Shown here one piece after another: positions 20,605 to 30,947 of a stretch of 64,000 bases of DNA. The position numbers and the translations under genes were made by a program. The notes below the pieces were generated by a model that did not search any database, was not told where the DNA came from, and saw nothing but the letters and a program-made list of their open reading frames with translations. The DNA lies in NCBI GenBank assembly GCA_902577945.1, contig CACHBB010000004.1, positions 2,255 through 66,254 of the forward strand, given 5' to 3'. Origin of the DNA: an uncultured Alphaproteobacteria bacterium (GTDB lineage: Bacteria > Pseudomonadota > Alphaproteobacteria > HIMB59 > GCA-002718135). Position 1 is the stretch's first letter, and each line of letters begins with the position of its first letter.

Positions 20605-21984
20605 TTACTTCACTATAGCAACAAATACGTTACCAATTAATTTCCTTCTCAACCATTGTGAAAATGTATCCATCAAAAAAACAACAATTAAAATTAAAAT
20701 TGACATATAAGCAACGTTTTCAAAATTAGCACCTGTCATTATCGAGTCAAGAAATAACAAACCAATACCTCCCGCACCCATTGCACCTAAAATGACAGCA
20801 CTTCTTGTGTTTGACTCAAAATAGTAAAGTGATTGAGAAACAAAAACTGGAAGAATTTGCGGTATTATTCCAAACCTGTGTTGTTGATTTCTTGTTGCGC
20901 CTGTTGATTCAACTCCTTCATTTTGATTTTTTTCAATATTCTCAATTGCTTCAGACATTATTTTTCCTAAGGTACCTGTATCTGTGAATGCAATTGCTAG
21001 AATACCCGTATAAAGACCAGGTCCAAAAGCTCTTAAAAAAATCAAACTCCAAATTAAAAAATCAATTCCTCTTAAGGAGTCAAAAAATCTTCTTATAAAA
21101 AACCTAACAAAATTAAAAGGAGTTATGTTTATTGCTGCTAAAAATGCTAAGAGAAGACCAAATATAGTAGCAAATAATGTTCCTATCACAGCCATAAAAA
21201 TGGTATCCCTTAATGAAGAAAAAACCAATCCATGAAACCACTGCTCATTAGATAGAAATTCATTAAACATAAAGCGAGCATTTGATATTTCTGGATCTAA
21301 TCTATTTGACGAAAAAAATAATAAAAATAATTCTGATGATGAATACTTATTAAAAGGGCTTGCAAAATCAAAAAAGAAATATTTCCAACCAAATTGGAAT
21401 CTATGTATTTCAATTTTTTCCGAATAAACTTGCAATCTTTCAAATAAACTTGGCCTAACCTCAACTTTGTTTTCAGTAATCCTAATCCATTTAGGTAATT
21501 TTGGATCATCAAATGTATACCCTTCAACTGTAGGTTTTCCATTTAAAAGTTTAAAAGTTAGCAGGAGATTTTTTTCTTCCTCATCGCCAAATCCTTTCAT
21601 TTCAATTCTGTCTTTAAAAATATCGATTATTCCTTGATTATTAAATATTACTGAATGTTTATTAGTATCTGAAAGGAACCATTCTGGAAAATCTTTAGGA
21701 TCATATTTAGTAAATGCCCCTCCTTCATAGCTTATAGTAACATCGCTTGTATCACTCCATTTTGTATTGATATGATCTTTGTAAGAGTATGAATCTTGAA
21801 TCAATTTAGCTGCAAAATCAGGCTTAAATTGATCTGTTAGCTTGTTAAAACCAAGAGAGTAAAATGCAAAAATAGAGTATGAAATAATTAAGAATAAATA
21901 AAAAAAGCTTCTTAAGTATTTAGAAAATTTAATATTTATGATATCACTGTGTTTTTCTAAAAATTCTTTACTAACCTTATCCAT
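20605..21984 (-). CDS. phnE: phosphonate ABC transporter permease (long form with large periplasmic loop)
   Basis: GTLGKIMSEAIENI EAA loop, FESNTRSAVILGAMGAGGIG; operon context. Confidence 0.93.
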   Translation of the reverse strand: MDKVSKEFLEKHSDIINIKFSKYLRSFFYLFLIISYSIFAFYSLGFNKLTDQFKPDFAAKLIQDSYSYKDHINTKWSDTSDVTISYEGGAFTKYDPKDFPEWFLSDTNKHSVIFNNQGIIDIFKDRIEMKGFGDEEEKNLLLTFKLLNGKPTVEGYTFDDPKLPKWIRITENKVEVRPSLFERLQVYSEKIEIHRFQFGWKYFFFDFASPFNKYSSSELFLLFFSSNRLDPEISNARFMFNEFLSNEQWFHGLVFSSLRDTIFMAVIGTLFATIFGLLLAFLAAINITPFNFVRFFIRRFFDSLRGIDFLIWSLIFLRAFGPGLYTGILAIAFTDTGTLGKIMSEAIENIEKNQNEGVESTGATRNQQHRFGIIPQILPVFVSQSLYYFESNTRSAVILGAMGAGGIGLLFLDSIMTGANFENVAYMSILILIVVFLMDTFSQWLRRKLIGNVFVAIVK

Positions 21985-22859
21985 TATTTATCTTTCGGAA
22001 TAATAAAGCTTCCACCAATTAATTTCTGCCGGGTAAAAGTTGAAAAATAATCAAGTAACGTAATAGTCAAAATTAGTAAAAACATTACAGCAGTGATTTT
22101 GGCTCCAAAATTCCATTGAATTAAAGTGTTAAGCTGTTCACCAATTCCTCCGGCTCCAACAAACCCGAGTATTGTTGATGCTCGAACATTTATTTCTGCT
22201 CTTAATAAACCATAACTTAGTAAAATAGGCATTACTTGTGGCAAAACACCAAATCTTATTCTAGACAACCAGGATGACCCAACAGACTCTAATCCTTCAA
22301 TCTGTTTATTATCTGCATTTTCAATAGCTTCAGAAAATAACTTTCCCAAAGCACCCGCTGTATGAATAATTATTGCTATAACGGCTGGTATCGGAGATCG
22401 ACCTAGTAAATAAAGTAAGGTTATAGCAAGAACCAATTCAGGAAAAGCACGACAAATATCCATAATCCTTCTTGCAGTCCAAACAATAGTTTTATTTTTA
22501 ATTAAATTTCCACTTGCAAATACACTAAGAATTAAGGCTAATATTGCACCAACAATTGTAGAAAATAAAGCCATATTAAAAGTATAAAGAAGATCAGGAA
22601 CGTAATCTAAGACGTATCCAAACCAACTAAAACCAGCATCAAAAGTTTTAGCAAATAAAGCAATGGGATAATCAAAAAAATTATCTATTCCTCTTACAAA
22701 ACTTCCAGCATTAGATTCTTCTGCAACATATGTTCCCGTTGCTAAAATTAAAATAATAGCTGCTATAGAGATTACAGAATAAAGCATTCTCGTTCTAGCC
22801 ATCTTGTTAAGATTATCTTCAAGATATTTTAAGTGATTAGGTAGCTCTTTATTATTCAT
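21984..22859 (-). CDS. phnE: phosphonate ABC transporter permease
   Basis: RAFPEL, GALGKLFSEAIEN, EINVRASTILGFVGAGGIG. Confidence 0.95.
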   Translation of the reverse strand: MNNKELPNHLKYLEDNLNKMARTRMLYSVISIAAIILILATGTYVAEESNAGSFVRGIDNFFDYPIALFAKTFDAGFSWFGYVLDYVPDLLYTFNMALFSTIVGAILALILSVFASGNLIKNKTIVWTARRIMDICRAFPELVLAITLLYLLGRSPIPAVIAIIIHTAGALGKLFSEAIENADNKQIEGLESVGSSWLSRIRFGVLPQVMPILLSYGLLRAEINVRASTILGFVGAGGIGEQLNTLIQWNFGAKITAVMFLLILTITLLDYFSTFTRQKLIGGSFIIPKDK

Positions 22860-22878
22860 AATATAAAATAAAAGGAAA

Positions 22879-22904
22879 TCAAAGCGAGCTTATACTCGCT
22901 TTGA
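22879..22904 (-). terminator. stem-loop after phnD (partial terminator or mRNA stabiliser)
   Basis: Perfect 10-bp stem TCAAAGCGAG-cttata-CTCGCTTTGA with a T-rich tail on the minus strand. Confidence 0.75.
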
Positions 22905-22916
22905 CACTTTAGAAGA

Positions 22917-23846
22917 TTAACCTCCAATTTTAGCTAATCTTGCAGCAACGATACCTTCGTAGAATGAATGATCAACGTCAACATATTGCTTAATTTCACC
23001 ATAAGCTATATTTTTAGAACATTCTTTATCATTTGCATGAATCCATTCTAATAAATTTCTCATATGTTCAATCATAGCGATTGGCAAATCAGTGCTTAAT
23101 GATTGAGGGCCCTCAGGAATAAGTGAAGAAGACCATAATTGAACTAGATCATCCATATTAAGAATACCTTTATCAACCATTCTTCTTAAATTTCCATTTG
23201 AGTAACCTTCTTCCCATTTACCTACACCAGATACCCAAGTAAAAGATGCATCAACATCGCCATTTAAAACGCCTAAGACTCCTGGCTCATGTCCACCCAT
23301 AAAGTTAACTGATTCAAAGAAATCTTCATTAATACCCATACTTGCAAGTTCAGTAGATGGTATTAGAAAGCCAGATGTTGAATTCGGATCCGCATAACCT
23401 AATTTCTTTCCAGCCATATCTTCTAGGGATTTTAATCCAGAATCTTTTCTAGCTACTAAGACAGAATAATAACCAGTAGCTCCGGCGGGATTCATCCAAG
23501 TTGATATTGGTACGATTGCAGTAGGATCTTCAATATATACACCAGCGTAAGAAGAAGCTCCAAATCCTGCCATATCTAAGTTTCTACCAATTATTGATTG
23601 CATGGTACCAGCGTAATCTTTGAATGTAAAAATTTTTGCAGGTACATTTAAAGATTCGGTTGCATAATCTGCAAAGCATTGTTGTAATCTAATTTGATCA
23701 GAGGCATTTTCACCTCCAAGTATTCCAATTCTAAAGTCTGGTCTAAATTTACTTAGGTCAAACTTCGGCATTTCATGACCTCCGGCAAAAGAATTTGAAG
23801 AGATAAATAAGCCAAGCAAGACTGTAAATATAAATTTTCTAATCAT
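22917..23846 (-). CDS. phnD: phosphonate ABC transporter substrate-binding protein
   Basis: Signal peptide, FRIGILGGEN, GYYSVL, DPNSTSGFLIP, GGHE; strong SD AAGGAG upstream. Confidence 0.95.
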   Translation of the reverse strand: MIRKFIFTVLLGLFISSNSFAGGHEMPKFDLSKFRPDFRIGILGGENASDQIRLQQCFADYATESLNVPAKIFTFKDYAGTMQSIIGRNLDMAGFGASSYAGVYIEDPTAIVPISTWMNPAGATGYYSVLVARKDSGLKSLEDMAGKKLGYADPNSTSGFLIPSTELASMGINEDFFESVNFMGGHEPGVLGVLNGDVDASFTWVSGVGKWEEGYSNGNLRRMVDKGILNMDDLVQLWSSSLIPEGPQSLSTDLPIAMIEHMRNLLEWIHANDKECSKNIAYGEIKQYVDVDHSFYEGIVAARLAKIGG

Positions 23847-23887
23847 ACGTTCTCCTTTAAATATTAGTAAAATTTAAGTTTAATTTA

Positions 23888-24712
23888 TCAATCAAGACCT
23901 TCCCCCTTTTTGTTACCAATTAGCCTTTCTTGATTATCACCCAAAGACGTAGAGGTAATAGCGGCTTCAAAAGCTTCTTCAGCTTCGGCGCCGTAAATAT
24001 CTCTTGCAGTTTCATCTTTAAGTAATTCAGGTTGGTCATCGAAAACTATGTTTCCTGTTTTCATACCAATTATTCTGTCGCAATATTTTTTTGCTGTATC
24101 CAATGTATGTAAATTACATATAACCGTAATATTCTTTTCTTTATGTATTTTTTGCAATGACTCCATTACTAATCTTGCATTATAGGGATCTAATGATGCT
24201 ATGGGCTCATCAGCCAGAATCATGGAAGGGTTTTGCATTAAGGCTCTGCAAATAGCTACTCTTTGTTGTTGACCGCCTGAAAGAGTTTCCGCTCTTTGTA
24301 AAGCAGTTTCTGCCATTCCTAATTTATCAAGATTAATAAGAGCCTCTGTTCTCTCTTCTTTAGTAAAAAGTTTTAAAGAACTTTTAAAAAAACTTTGTTC
24401 ATTTAACGTGCCTAGAATTACATTTGTCAAAACATCAAGTCTTGGAATAAGATTAAATTGCTGAAAAATCATTGCACAATTTTTTTGCCATGCTCTTTTT
24501 TTATTTTTTTTAAAATCTAAAATATTTTCATCTTTAACTATAATTTTTCCACTAGTTGCATCCGTTAATCTATTAATGATTCTTAACATTGTAGATTTAC
24601 CAGCCCCTGATCTTCCAATAATACCTATCATTTGAGGTTTATTGATATTTAAGGAAATGTTATTTACCGCTTTGTTGTCACCAAAATGTTTCGAAAGATT
24701 TATTATTTGCAT
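23888..24712 (-). CDS. phnC: phosphonate ABC transporter ATP-binding protein
   Basis: GRSGAGKST, LSGGQQQRVAI, ADEPIASLDP, CNLH. Confidence 0.96.
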   Translation of the reverse strand: MQIINLSKHFGDNKAVNNISLNINKPQMIGIIGRSGAGKSTMLRIINRLTDATSGKIIVKDENILDFKKNKKRAWQKNCAMIFQQFNLIPRLDVLTNVILGTLNEQSFFKSSLKLFTKEERTEALINLDKLGMAETALQRAETLSGGQQQRVAICRALMQNPSMILADEPIASLDPYNARLVMESLQKIHKEKNITVICNLHTLDTAKKYCDRIIGMKTGNIVFDDQPELLKDETARDIYGAEAEEAFEAAITSTSLGDNQERLIGNKKGEGLD

Positions 24713-24766
24713 AAAAAATAATTGGTAAATTATTTTTATTACAAAAAGGTTAATGTTATTTTACGA

Positions 24767-25903
24767 TTAGTTTACTCTTTTGCCTTTAATATAAACTTCT
24801 TTGATTAACGGTGTATTTTCTACAAAGGCAACTCTAAGAAAATCCGATCTTTTATTAATTTCAATGTGACCCCTGTCATCTAAACCAACTGAATTTGCTG
24901 GATTATAAGAAACTAATTTAGTAGATTCACTTAAATTCACACCTTTATGTAATAATTTAAATACAGATTGTATTAGACTCAAAGGAACATAATCAGATGA
25001 AAATATATCAACTAAATCAAAGTTGTTATCCACTAAATCATTTACCGAAACATTATCCGAGTGTGATTTATTTCTTATAAAATTTGGAGCACCTAAAACT
25101 GTTTTCATTTTGAGTTTTTTTGCTTGTTTAACAGCTTCTAAGGTAGTTGGAAATTCACTAATATAAATTCCATTTTTGCTTGCTTCATTTACATGTTCTT
25201 CTGTCGTATCATCGTGAGAAGCCATAATAATTTTTTTCTCTCTCCATATTGTTGATACTTTTGGTCTATTCTTTTTTTCTGCTTCTTTTGCCGTTTCCTC
25301 TAGTCTTAACATTTTTTCATCAAAATCATATGCACCATGGGATGTAAAATTACTTCCTTTACCGTAAAATTCTAGCATTTTTTCTTTATTTCTCCATTGT
25401 CTCTGTCCAGGAGTATGATCCATTAAAGAAGCTAATGCTATATATTTGTTATCATAGTATTTTTCTAATGTTTCTAAGAGCTCAGGATCAGATAATTCAC
25501 ATCTATAGTGAAGATGGTGATCAGCTTTGAATAAACCTAAATCCTTACCTCTGGTAATCGAAGTTATTATATCATCCAAAATACTTGTTCTAATTTTTGT
25601 ATAGTTTCCAACTAATATTGCATCAAAAACCGTTGTTATACCAGAAGAAATAATTTCATTATCATTAGCTATTGCAGCTGCAATTTTATTAGGCCAAATT
25701 GCATTTGGTCTAGGAATAAAATGTTTTTCTAAGTTATCTGTATGAAGCTCTATAAATCCTGGTAATAAATAATCACCTTCAAAATCAATTGCATTAGAGT
25801 TATTTAAATTACCCTTATCAATGTTTAAAATTGTTTCATCAAAATTTATTGAGCCAATAAAAGTATCATTTAAAGTAACTATATTTGCATTTTTAATTAT
25901 CAT
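24767..25903 (-). CDS. phnM: alpha-D-ribose 1-methylphosphonate 5-triphosphate diphosphatase
   Basis: PGFIELHTDNLE, MDHTPGQRQ, ASHDD, SEFPTT, SSDYVP. Confidence 0.96.
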   Translation of the reverse strand: MIIKNANIVTLNDTFIGSINFDETILNIDKGNLNNSNAIDFEGDYLLPGFIELHTDNLEKHFIPRPNAIWPNKIAAAIANDNEIISSGITTVFDAILVGNYTKIRTSILDDIITSITRGKDLGLFKADHHLHYRCELSDPELLETLEKYYDNKYIALASLMDHTPGQRQWRNKEKMLEFYGKGSNFTSHGAYDFDEKMLRLEETAKEAEKKNRPKVSTIWREKKIIMASHDDTTEEHVNEASKNGIYISEFPTTLEAVKQAKKLKMKTVLGAPNFIRNKSHSDNVSVNDLVDNNFDLVDIFSSDYVPLSLIQSVFKLLHKGVNLSESTKLVSYNPANSVGLDDRGHIEINKRSDFLRVAFVENTPLIKEVYIKGKRVN

Positions 25904-26588
25904 TTGGAATGTATTTTTCTAAATTAATTTCTCTTGTACATATTTCATTTCTAATTTTTTTATCATGAACTATAACTATTATTGTTACATCTTTTTTAAG
26001 TTTTGATTTAATCATATCAATGACGATGGATTTATTAATATCATCGAGAGATGCTGTTGGCTCATCTAATAAAAGAATAGAATAATTCCCAATTAATGTT
26101 TTAGCTAAATTTACTCGTTGTTGTTCACCTCCAGAAAAAGTCAATGGTGATAAATTCCACATAGATTCTTGTATATTTAATTCAGATAAAAGTTTTTTTA
26201 TTTTTATTAATGAGTGTTCATCAAATAAAGACTGTTGTTTTAGAGTATCAGATACTATTTCAATTGTTGGAACCCTAGGCAAAACTCTTAAAAACTGACT
26301 TACATATCCAATGAAATATTTACGAAGATTTATTATTTGATGTTCTAATGAATTAGCAATATTGATTTTATTATTATTATAAATATTAATTTCACCTGAA
26401 GATGGTAAATAATTTCCATATAACATTTTTAAAAATGTAGATTTACCAATTCCAGATTTTCCAACTAGCGCAATACATTCTCCTGTCTTTATTTCTAAAT
26501 TAATATTTTTTAAAACATTTAATACGGTGCCCTTCTGATTATGCAGAATAAATTTCTTATTAACGTTTTTTAATTCGATAATTTTCAT
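25893..26588 (-). CDS. phnL: C-P lyase system ATPase PhnL
   Basis: FILHNQ, GKSGIGKST, GYVSQFLRVLPRV, TFSGGEQQRVN. Confidence 0.95.
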   Translation of the reverse strand: MKIIELKNVNKKFILHNQKGTVLNVLKNINLEIKTGECIALVGKSGIGKSTFLKMLYGNYLPSSGEINIYNNNKINIANSLEHQIINLRKYFIGYVSQFLRVLPRVPTIEIVSDTLKQQSLFDEHSLIKIKKLLSELNIQESMWNLSPLTFSGGEQQRVNLAKTLIGNYSILLLDEPTASLDDINKSIVIDMIKSKLKKDVTIIVIVHDKKIRNEICTREINLEKYIPNDN

Positions 26589-26590
26589 TA

Positions 26591-27367
26591 TTAAACTTGT
26601 AAAATAGATGAAGTTAAAAGCTGTGTGTAGGAATGTTGAGGATCATCCAAAACTCTATCTGTTAATCCTGTTTCTACAACTATGCCATCTTTCATAACCA
26701 ATAATTTATCAGTTAAAAATCGCACAACTGCTAAATCGTGTGTTACTATAATCATAGTAACATTAATATCTCTTACAATACTCTTAATAGTATCTAGTAT
26801 TTTAGCTTGTACAGACACATCCAACCCCCCTGTTGGCTCATCCATAAACACTATCTGCGGGTTTGATGATAATATTTTTGATATTTGAAGTCTTTGCTGC
26901 ATTCCGCCTGAAAAACTTAAAGGAAATTCATCAATTCTATCTGAATCCATCTCAGTTTTTTCCATCCAATATTTTCCAGTATTTCTTAAAAATGAATAGT
27001 TTTTTTCAGATACATTGAGAAGTCTCTCTGCAATGTTACCTCCAGCACTAATTCTTAAATTTAAACCATCTCTTGGATTTTGATGAACTATTCCCCACAT
27101 GGATCTCATCAATTGTCTTTTTTCTTGTTCAGGTAGAGAAAGAAAGTCTTTTACACCCCCTTGATCTAGCGATATGTTAATTTTTCCTGCAGATGGAGAA
27201 ATTTCTCCTGACAAGCACTTCAACAGTGTACTTTTACCTGAACCAGATTCACCAACAATGCCTAAAATTTCACCTTTATACAAATCAAAATTTATACCTT
27301 TGCAACCAATTTGGTTTCCATAAAAATGTGTAAGGTTTTCCACATGCATTATTTTTTTAATATTCAT
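26591..27367 (-). CDS. phnK: C-P lyase system ATPase PhnK
   Basis: GESGSGKST, VHQNPRDGL, FSGGMQQRLQI, DEPTGGLDVSVQA. Confidence 0.96.
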   Translation of the reverse strand: MNIKKIMHVENLTHFYGNQIGCKGINFDLYKGEILGIVGESGSGKSTLLKCLSGEISPSAGKINISLDQGGVKDFLSLPEQEKRQLMRSMWGIVHQNPRDGLNLRISAGGNIAERLLNVSEKNYSFLRNTGKYWMEKTEMDSDRIDEFPLSFSGGMQQRLQISKILSSNPQIVFMDEPTGGLDVSVQAKILDTIKSIVRDINVTMIIVTHDLAVVRFLTDKLLVMKDGIVVETGLTDRVLDDPQHSYTQLLTSSILQV

Positions 27368-28200
27368 TTATTTTTCTCAAGATTGCTTTTACAAAAATCT
27401 GTATCTGAACATATAAAATTTTTCTTTCCCTCATTATTGATAATTATTTCATCTAAGTAACTCTTCGTTGAACCACATATTGAACAACATTCATCCCATG
27501 TTTGTATTTCAAAGGGATGATCATCAAAATCAAGACTTTTAACTTTAGTGTAAGGTGGAATTGCGTAAATTCTTTTTTCTCTTCCTGCGCCAAATAATTG
27601 CAACGCTTCCATATTATTCATTTTGGGATTATCAAATTTAGGTATTGGTGTTGGATCAGTAATATATCTGTTATTTGTTTCTACTGGATAAGCCCAAGTT
27701 TTTATTACTGAGCCAAATTGAGAAATTTCTTCGTATAATTTTACATGCATTAATGCATATTCTTTATACGCATGGAGTTTTCTAGTTTCTTTTTCTTTAG
27801 GCTCTAATTTCCTTAGTGGTTCTGGTTGAGGAACTTGATAAACAATGATTTGATCTTTATTTAATGTTGTTTCAGGAATTCGATGTCTAGTTTGTATCAA
27901 GGATGCTTCTGCAGTTCTATCTGTAGTCATGATATTGCATACACGTTTAAAAAAATTTTTAATAGAAACAGCATTAGTAGTATCATCAGCACCCTGATCA
28001 ATTACTTTTAGAATATCTTGCTTACCAATTATAGAAGCTGTAACCTGGATACCTCCTGTTCCCCATCCATATGCTAATGGCATTTCTCTTCCTCCAAATG
28101 GACATTGATAGCCTGGAATGCAAACAGCTTTTAGAATTTTTCTCCTTATCATTCTTTTAGTTGCTTCATCCAAATACGCAAAATTAAAACCAGTTTTCAT
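27364..28200 (-). CDS. phnJ: C-P lyase catalytic radical-SAM subunit
   Basis: FAYLDE.TKRMIRR, PFGGREMP, GWGTGG, C-terminal CSIC...CSDTDFC. Confidence 0.98.
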   Translation of the reverse strand: MKTGFNFAYLDEATKRMIRRKILKAVCIPGYQCPFGGREMPLAYGWGTGGIQVTASIIGKQDILKVIDQGADDTTNAVSIKNFFKRVCNIMTTDRTAEASLIQTRHRIPETTLNKDQIIVYQVPQPEPLRKLEPKEKETRKLHAYKEYALMHVKLYEEISQFGSVIKTWAYPVETNNRYITDPTPIPKFDNPKMNNMEALQLFGAGREKRIYAIPPYTKVKSLDFDDHPFEIQTWDECCSICGSTKSYLDEIIINNEGKKNFICSDTDFCKSNLEKNK

Positions 28201-29285
28201 AATTTTTTTCCCTGCAGAATTTCATTTCTAAGTTTTCGAATAAGGTTTAGTTCTCCTTGAAAGTCAACATAATGAGGAAGTTTTAGATGTGTTACAAATC
28301 CTTGTGCCTCAACATTGTCAGCATGATAGAGAACAAATTCTTGATCTTGAATTGGGAATTTGATTTCTTCACCGTACCCTTCACTCTTTAATGCTCTATC
28401 CACAATAGAAATAGCCATGGATTTTCTTTCATTATAGCCAAATGTTAAACCATAACCTCTCGTAAATTGGGGCGGGGTATTTTTATTTCCTGCAAATTGA
28501 TCTATCATTTGACATTCAGAGATTTCAATTTCGCCAATACAAATTTCAAAACCTAATTCATCTGGTGAAATAAAAATATCAACAATACCGTATTTAATTT
28601 CTCCAACAAAAGGATGAGTTCCTTTACTTCCAAATCCCCTAATAGCAGAATAAGATAAACCTAGAAGAAAACCCTCATCACCCCTAGCTAGTATTTGCAT
28701 CCATTGATCTCTGGATGCAGGAAATTTCATAGGATCTCTCGTAACATCAAATGGATTATCATTTAAATTGTTAATTTCCTGCTCTAATAAATTCTCATTA
28801 TTAAGATAATCAATAACACTAGGAAATTCTTTATTTTTAGGTTCTTGGTTATTGATGTTTTCATATGAATTTATCTCATCTTCTTTCATTAGAGAAAAAT
28901 CTAATAATCTGTGAGAATAATCAAATGTTGGGCCAAGTATTTGTCCGCCCGGTATATCTTTAAAACTTGCAGATATTCTTCTTTTTATAATAATTTTGCT
29001 TGTATCTATAGCAGTTGAGTAAGCATATCTTTCTAAAGTGGTTCTATAAGCTCTCAATAAAAAAATTGCCTCGACCAAATCTCCTTGAGATTGTTTTATT
29101 GCTAAAGCAGATAAATCTTTATCATATAATGAACCTTCATTAATTACTCTATCAACTGCAAAACTTAGTTGTTCTTTAATTTGATTTATCTCAATACTTT
29201 TAGTGCCAGTTTCTTTTCTTTTTTTCTCTAAAAGTTTCAATGAGCTTTTGATTGCTTTTTCCCCTCCTTTTACTGCTACATACAT
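28197..29285 (-). CDS. phnI: C-P lyase complex subunit PhnI
   Basis: MYVAVKGGEKAI, EAIFLLRAYRTTL, GFVTHLKLPHYVDFQ. Confidence 0.98.
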   Translation of the reverse strand: MYVAVKGGEKAIKSSLKLLEKKRKETGTKSIEINQIKEQLSFAVDRVINEGSLYDKDLSALAIKQSQGDLVEAIFLLRAYRTTLERYAYSTAIDTSKIIIKRRISASFKDIPGGQILGPTFDYSHRLLDFSLMKEDEINSYENINNQEPKNKEFPSVIDYLNNENLLEQEINNLNDNPFDVTRDPMKFPASRDQWMQILARGDEGFLLGLSYSAIRGFGSKGTHPFVGEIKYGIVDIFISPDELGFEICIGEIEISECQMIDQFAGNKNTPPQFTRGYGLTFGYNERKSMAISIVDRALKSEGYGEEIKFPIQDQEFVLYHADNVEAQGFVTHLKLPHYVDFQGELNLIRKLRNEILQGKKL

Positions 29286-29857
29286 TATTTTAACACCTTT
29301 GATGTTCGTGGCAGACAGAAAAAATCATCTTTACACGTAAGAATTAAGTCGACACCTCTTGGAAAAATAAAATTATTATTTTGCCATTGAGATTGAAAAT
29401 TTTTAGGTAAATTAGTTGGGGATATTGATTTTGTTTTTTCAATACCAGGACCTTCAATTATTAATTCTTCACCGTTAATCAGATCTTCAACTTCAATAAT
29501 TATCGTGGATGAGTTGTCAGGATATTCATCTGAGCCAAGATTAAAATTTTCAATATTAAATTCCTTATTTTGAATAATTGCAAAGTCACAATGATTAGAT
29601 TTTTCTATACAATTTGCATTTGTGTTGAATGTTATAAAGTTTTGTATTTTTGATATCTTTTCAGAATCTATAAAAATTTTAGTATCAATATCAAATAACG
29701 TAAAAATAATATTAGCTGTTGAAGAATAAAGAACATTATCTGTTTCAAGATTTTCTGGAACTGTGAATATAGATCCAGGAAAAGAGGTTGCTTTTAAAAT
29801 TGTTCTAAACATATTTTGTGATGAATGTGTTTGATCTTGATATCCAATATATTCCAT
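29285..29857 (-). CDS. phnH: C-P lyase complex subunit PhnH
   Basis: SQNMFR..L.A...PG, GSDEYPD.S.T, GPGI, FPRGVD, LPRT. Confidence 0.93.
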   Translation of the reverse strand: MEYIGYQDQTHSSQNMFRTILKATSFPGSIFTVPENLETDNVLYSSTANIIFTLFDIDTKIFIDSEKISKIQNFITFNTNANCIEKSNHCDFAIIQNKEFNIENFNLGSDEYPDNSSTIIIEVEDLINGEELIIEGPGIEKTKSISPTNLPKNFQSQWQNNNFIFPRGVDLILTCKDDFFCLPRTSKVLK

Positions 29858-30297
29858 TATCCATCACCTCTCACTAGTGTAAAGAAATCAACTTTTGATG
29901 AGTTACTTTCATTAATAATGTGATTTTCTTTTTTATTAATTTTATCTTTTAAATCTAAAATCATACTTTGAAGTTTAGAATAATAATTATTATCTTGCAT
30001 TAAAGCATCTAAAACTGCTGCATACTCAGCTCTAATTTTATCTCTACCTAGATGATACGAATAACCAGTTGTTCCTTCTTCTAATTTTATGACACATTTA
30101 GTTAATGTTGCTTCGCCTAGATTATAAGGATCTCCATTACCTCCTAATCTTGCCCTTATCATGATCGACCCAACATTTGGTCCGTAAATTATTTTATAAT
30201 CTTTAGTATAATTTATATTTTCAATACAATTTTTTAAATCTATTGTTTCTGTTTTTGACAAAATAGAAATCCAATCTTTTCTTTGTATTTCAGACAT
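29857..30297 (-). CDS. phnG: C-P lyase complex subunit PhnG
   Basis: RKDWISILS, R.GG.G.PYNLGEATLTKC, GYSY.LGRD, KVDFFTLVRGD. Confidence 0.95.
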   Translation of the reverse strand: MSEIQRKDWISILSKTETIDLKNCIENINYTKDYKIIYGPNVGSIMIRARLGGNGDPYNLGEATLTKCVIKLEEGTTGYSYHLGRDKIRAEYAAVLDALMQDNNYYSKLQSMILDLKDKINKKENHIINESNSSKVDFFTLVRGDG

Positions 30298-30298
30298 T

Positions 30299-30547
30299 TT
30301 ATTTTGCTCTTAAATCTTGATTTGAACTTGAAAATGAACCAAGAGGAGTAATAATATTTCTTTTGTTATGTTCATTAAAAGTACTTATTAAATCTAAATG
30401 TTGAAGAGACTCACATAATTGATCATCTGTTAGTTGCTCAGCTTTAATATTATTCGTCACTAAATCAGTAAGTAATTTATTTACTTCATTTGATTTAGCA
30501 TGAATTAAAGAAGGGAATATTAAAAGAAAAAATAAAAAAAGTTTCAT
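30299..30547 (-). CDS. small exported hypothetical protein immediately upstream of phnG
   Basis: Signal peptide MKLFLFFLLIFPSLIHA; stop codon 1 nt before the phnG start. Confidence 0.55.
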   Translation of the reverse strand: MKLFLFFLLIFPSLIHAKSNEVNKLLTDLVTNNIKAEQLTDDQLCESLQHLDLISTFNEHNKRNIITPLGSFSSSNQDLRAK

Positions 30548-30598
30548 TTAAATTGATTTTTTATACTAAGTTATTTAATTTATTAATACGCTTCTTAA

Positions 30599-30623
30599 TT
30601 AAAAGCACCCTAATAGAGTGCTT
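30599..30623 (-). terminator. intrinsic terminator after GYD gene
   Basis: AAGCAC...GTGCTT stem with a T-rich tail on the minus strand. Confidence 0.55.
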
Positions 30624-30629
30624 CATGAA

Positions 30630-30947
30630 TTATGCAGTAGGAGGAGAAAAATCAACTTTATTTCCCATTTCCCTTACTTTGTTTAAATCAACAGACTCTA
30701 AAGTAACTGCCTCGGTAAGAGTTCCTGCTGCTTTTGCTTTTAATGCACATGCAGCCATACTTTCAAATGAGTCTGCTTCAGTAATCATGACAAAATCATA
30801 CTGCCCTCTTGTTATATGATAATCAATTAATTTGCCCCCAACACTGCTAACCATTTTTTCCATAGCTTCTTTTCTGTCTGAGTCTCCATTAATGATACCA
30901 TCTGCACCTTTTTGGGAATAAATACCTAATGATATAAAAATTGACAT
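30630..30947 (-). CDS. GYD domain protein
   Basis: VGGKLIDYHITRGQYDFV signature; SD AAGGAG. Confidence 0.85.
   Translation of the reverse strand: MSIFISLGIYSQKGADGIINGDSDRKEAMEKMVSSVGGKLIDYHITRGQYDFVMITEADSFESMAACALKAKAAGTLTEAVTLESVDLNKVREMGNKVDFSPPTA

Noticed and set aside
24713-24766. Pho box upstream of phnC (also sought upstream of phnG)
   Set aside because: Only weak 11-bp-spaced heptamers (TCGTAAA/CATTAAC/TTGTAAT), not distinguishable from AT-rich background.
30553-30819. 88-aa plus-strand ORF
   Set aside because: Antisense to the well-supported GYD gene and crosses its terminator.
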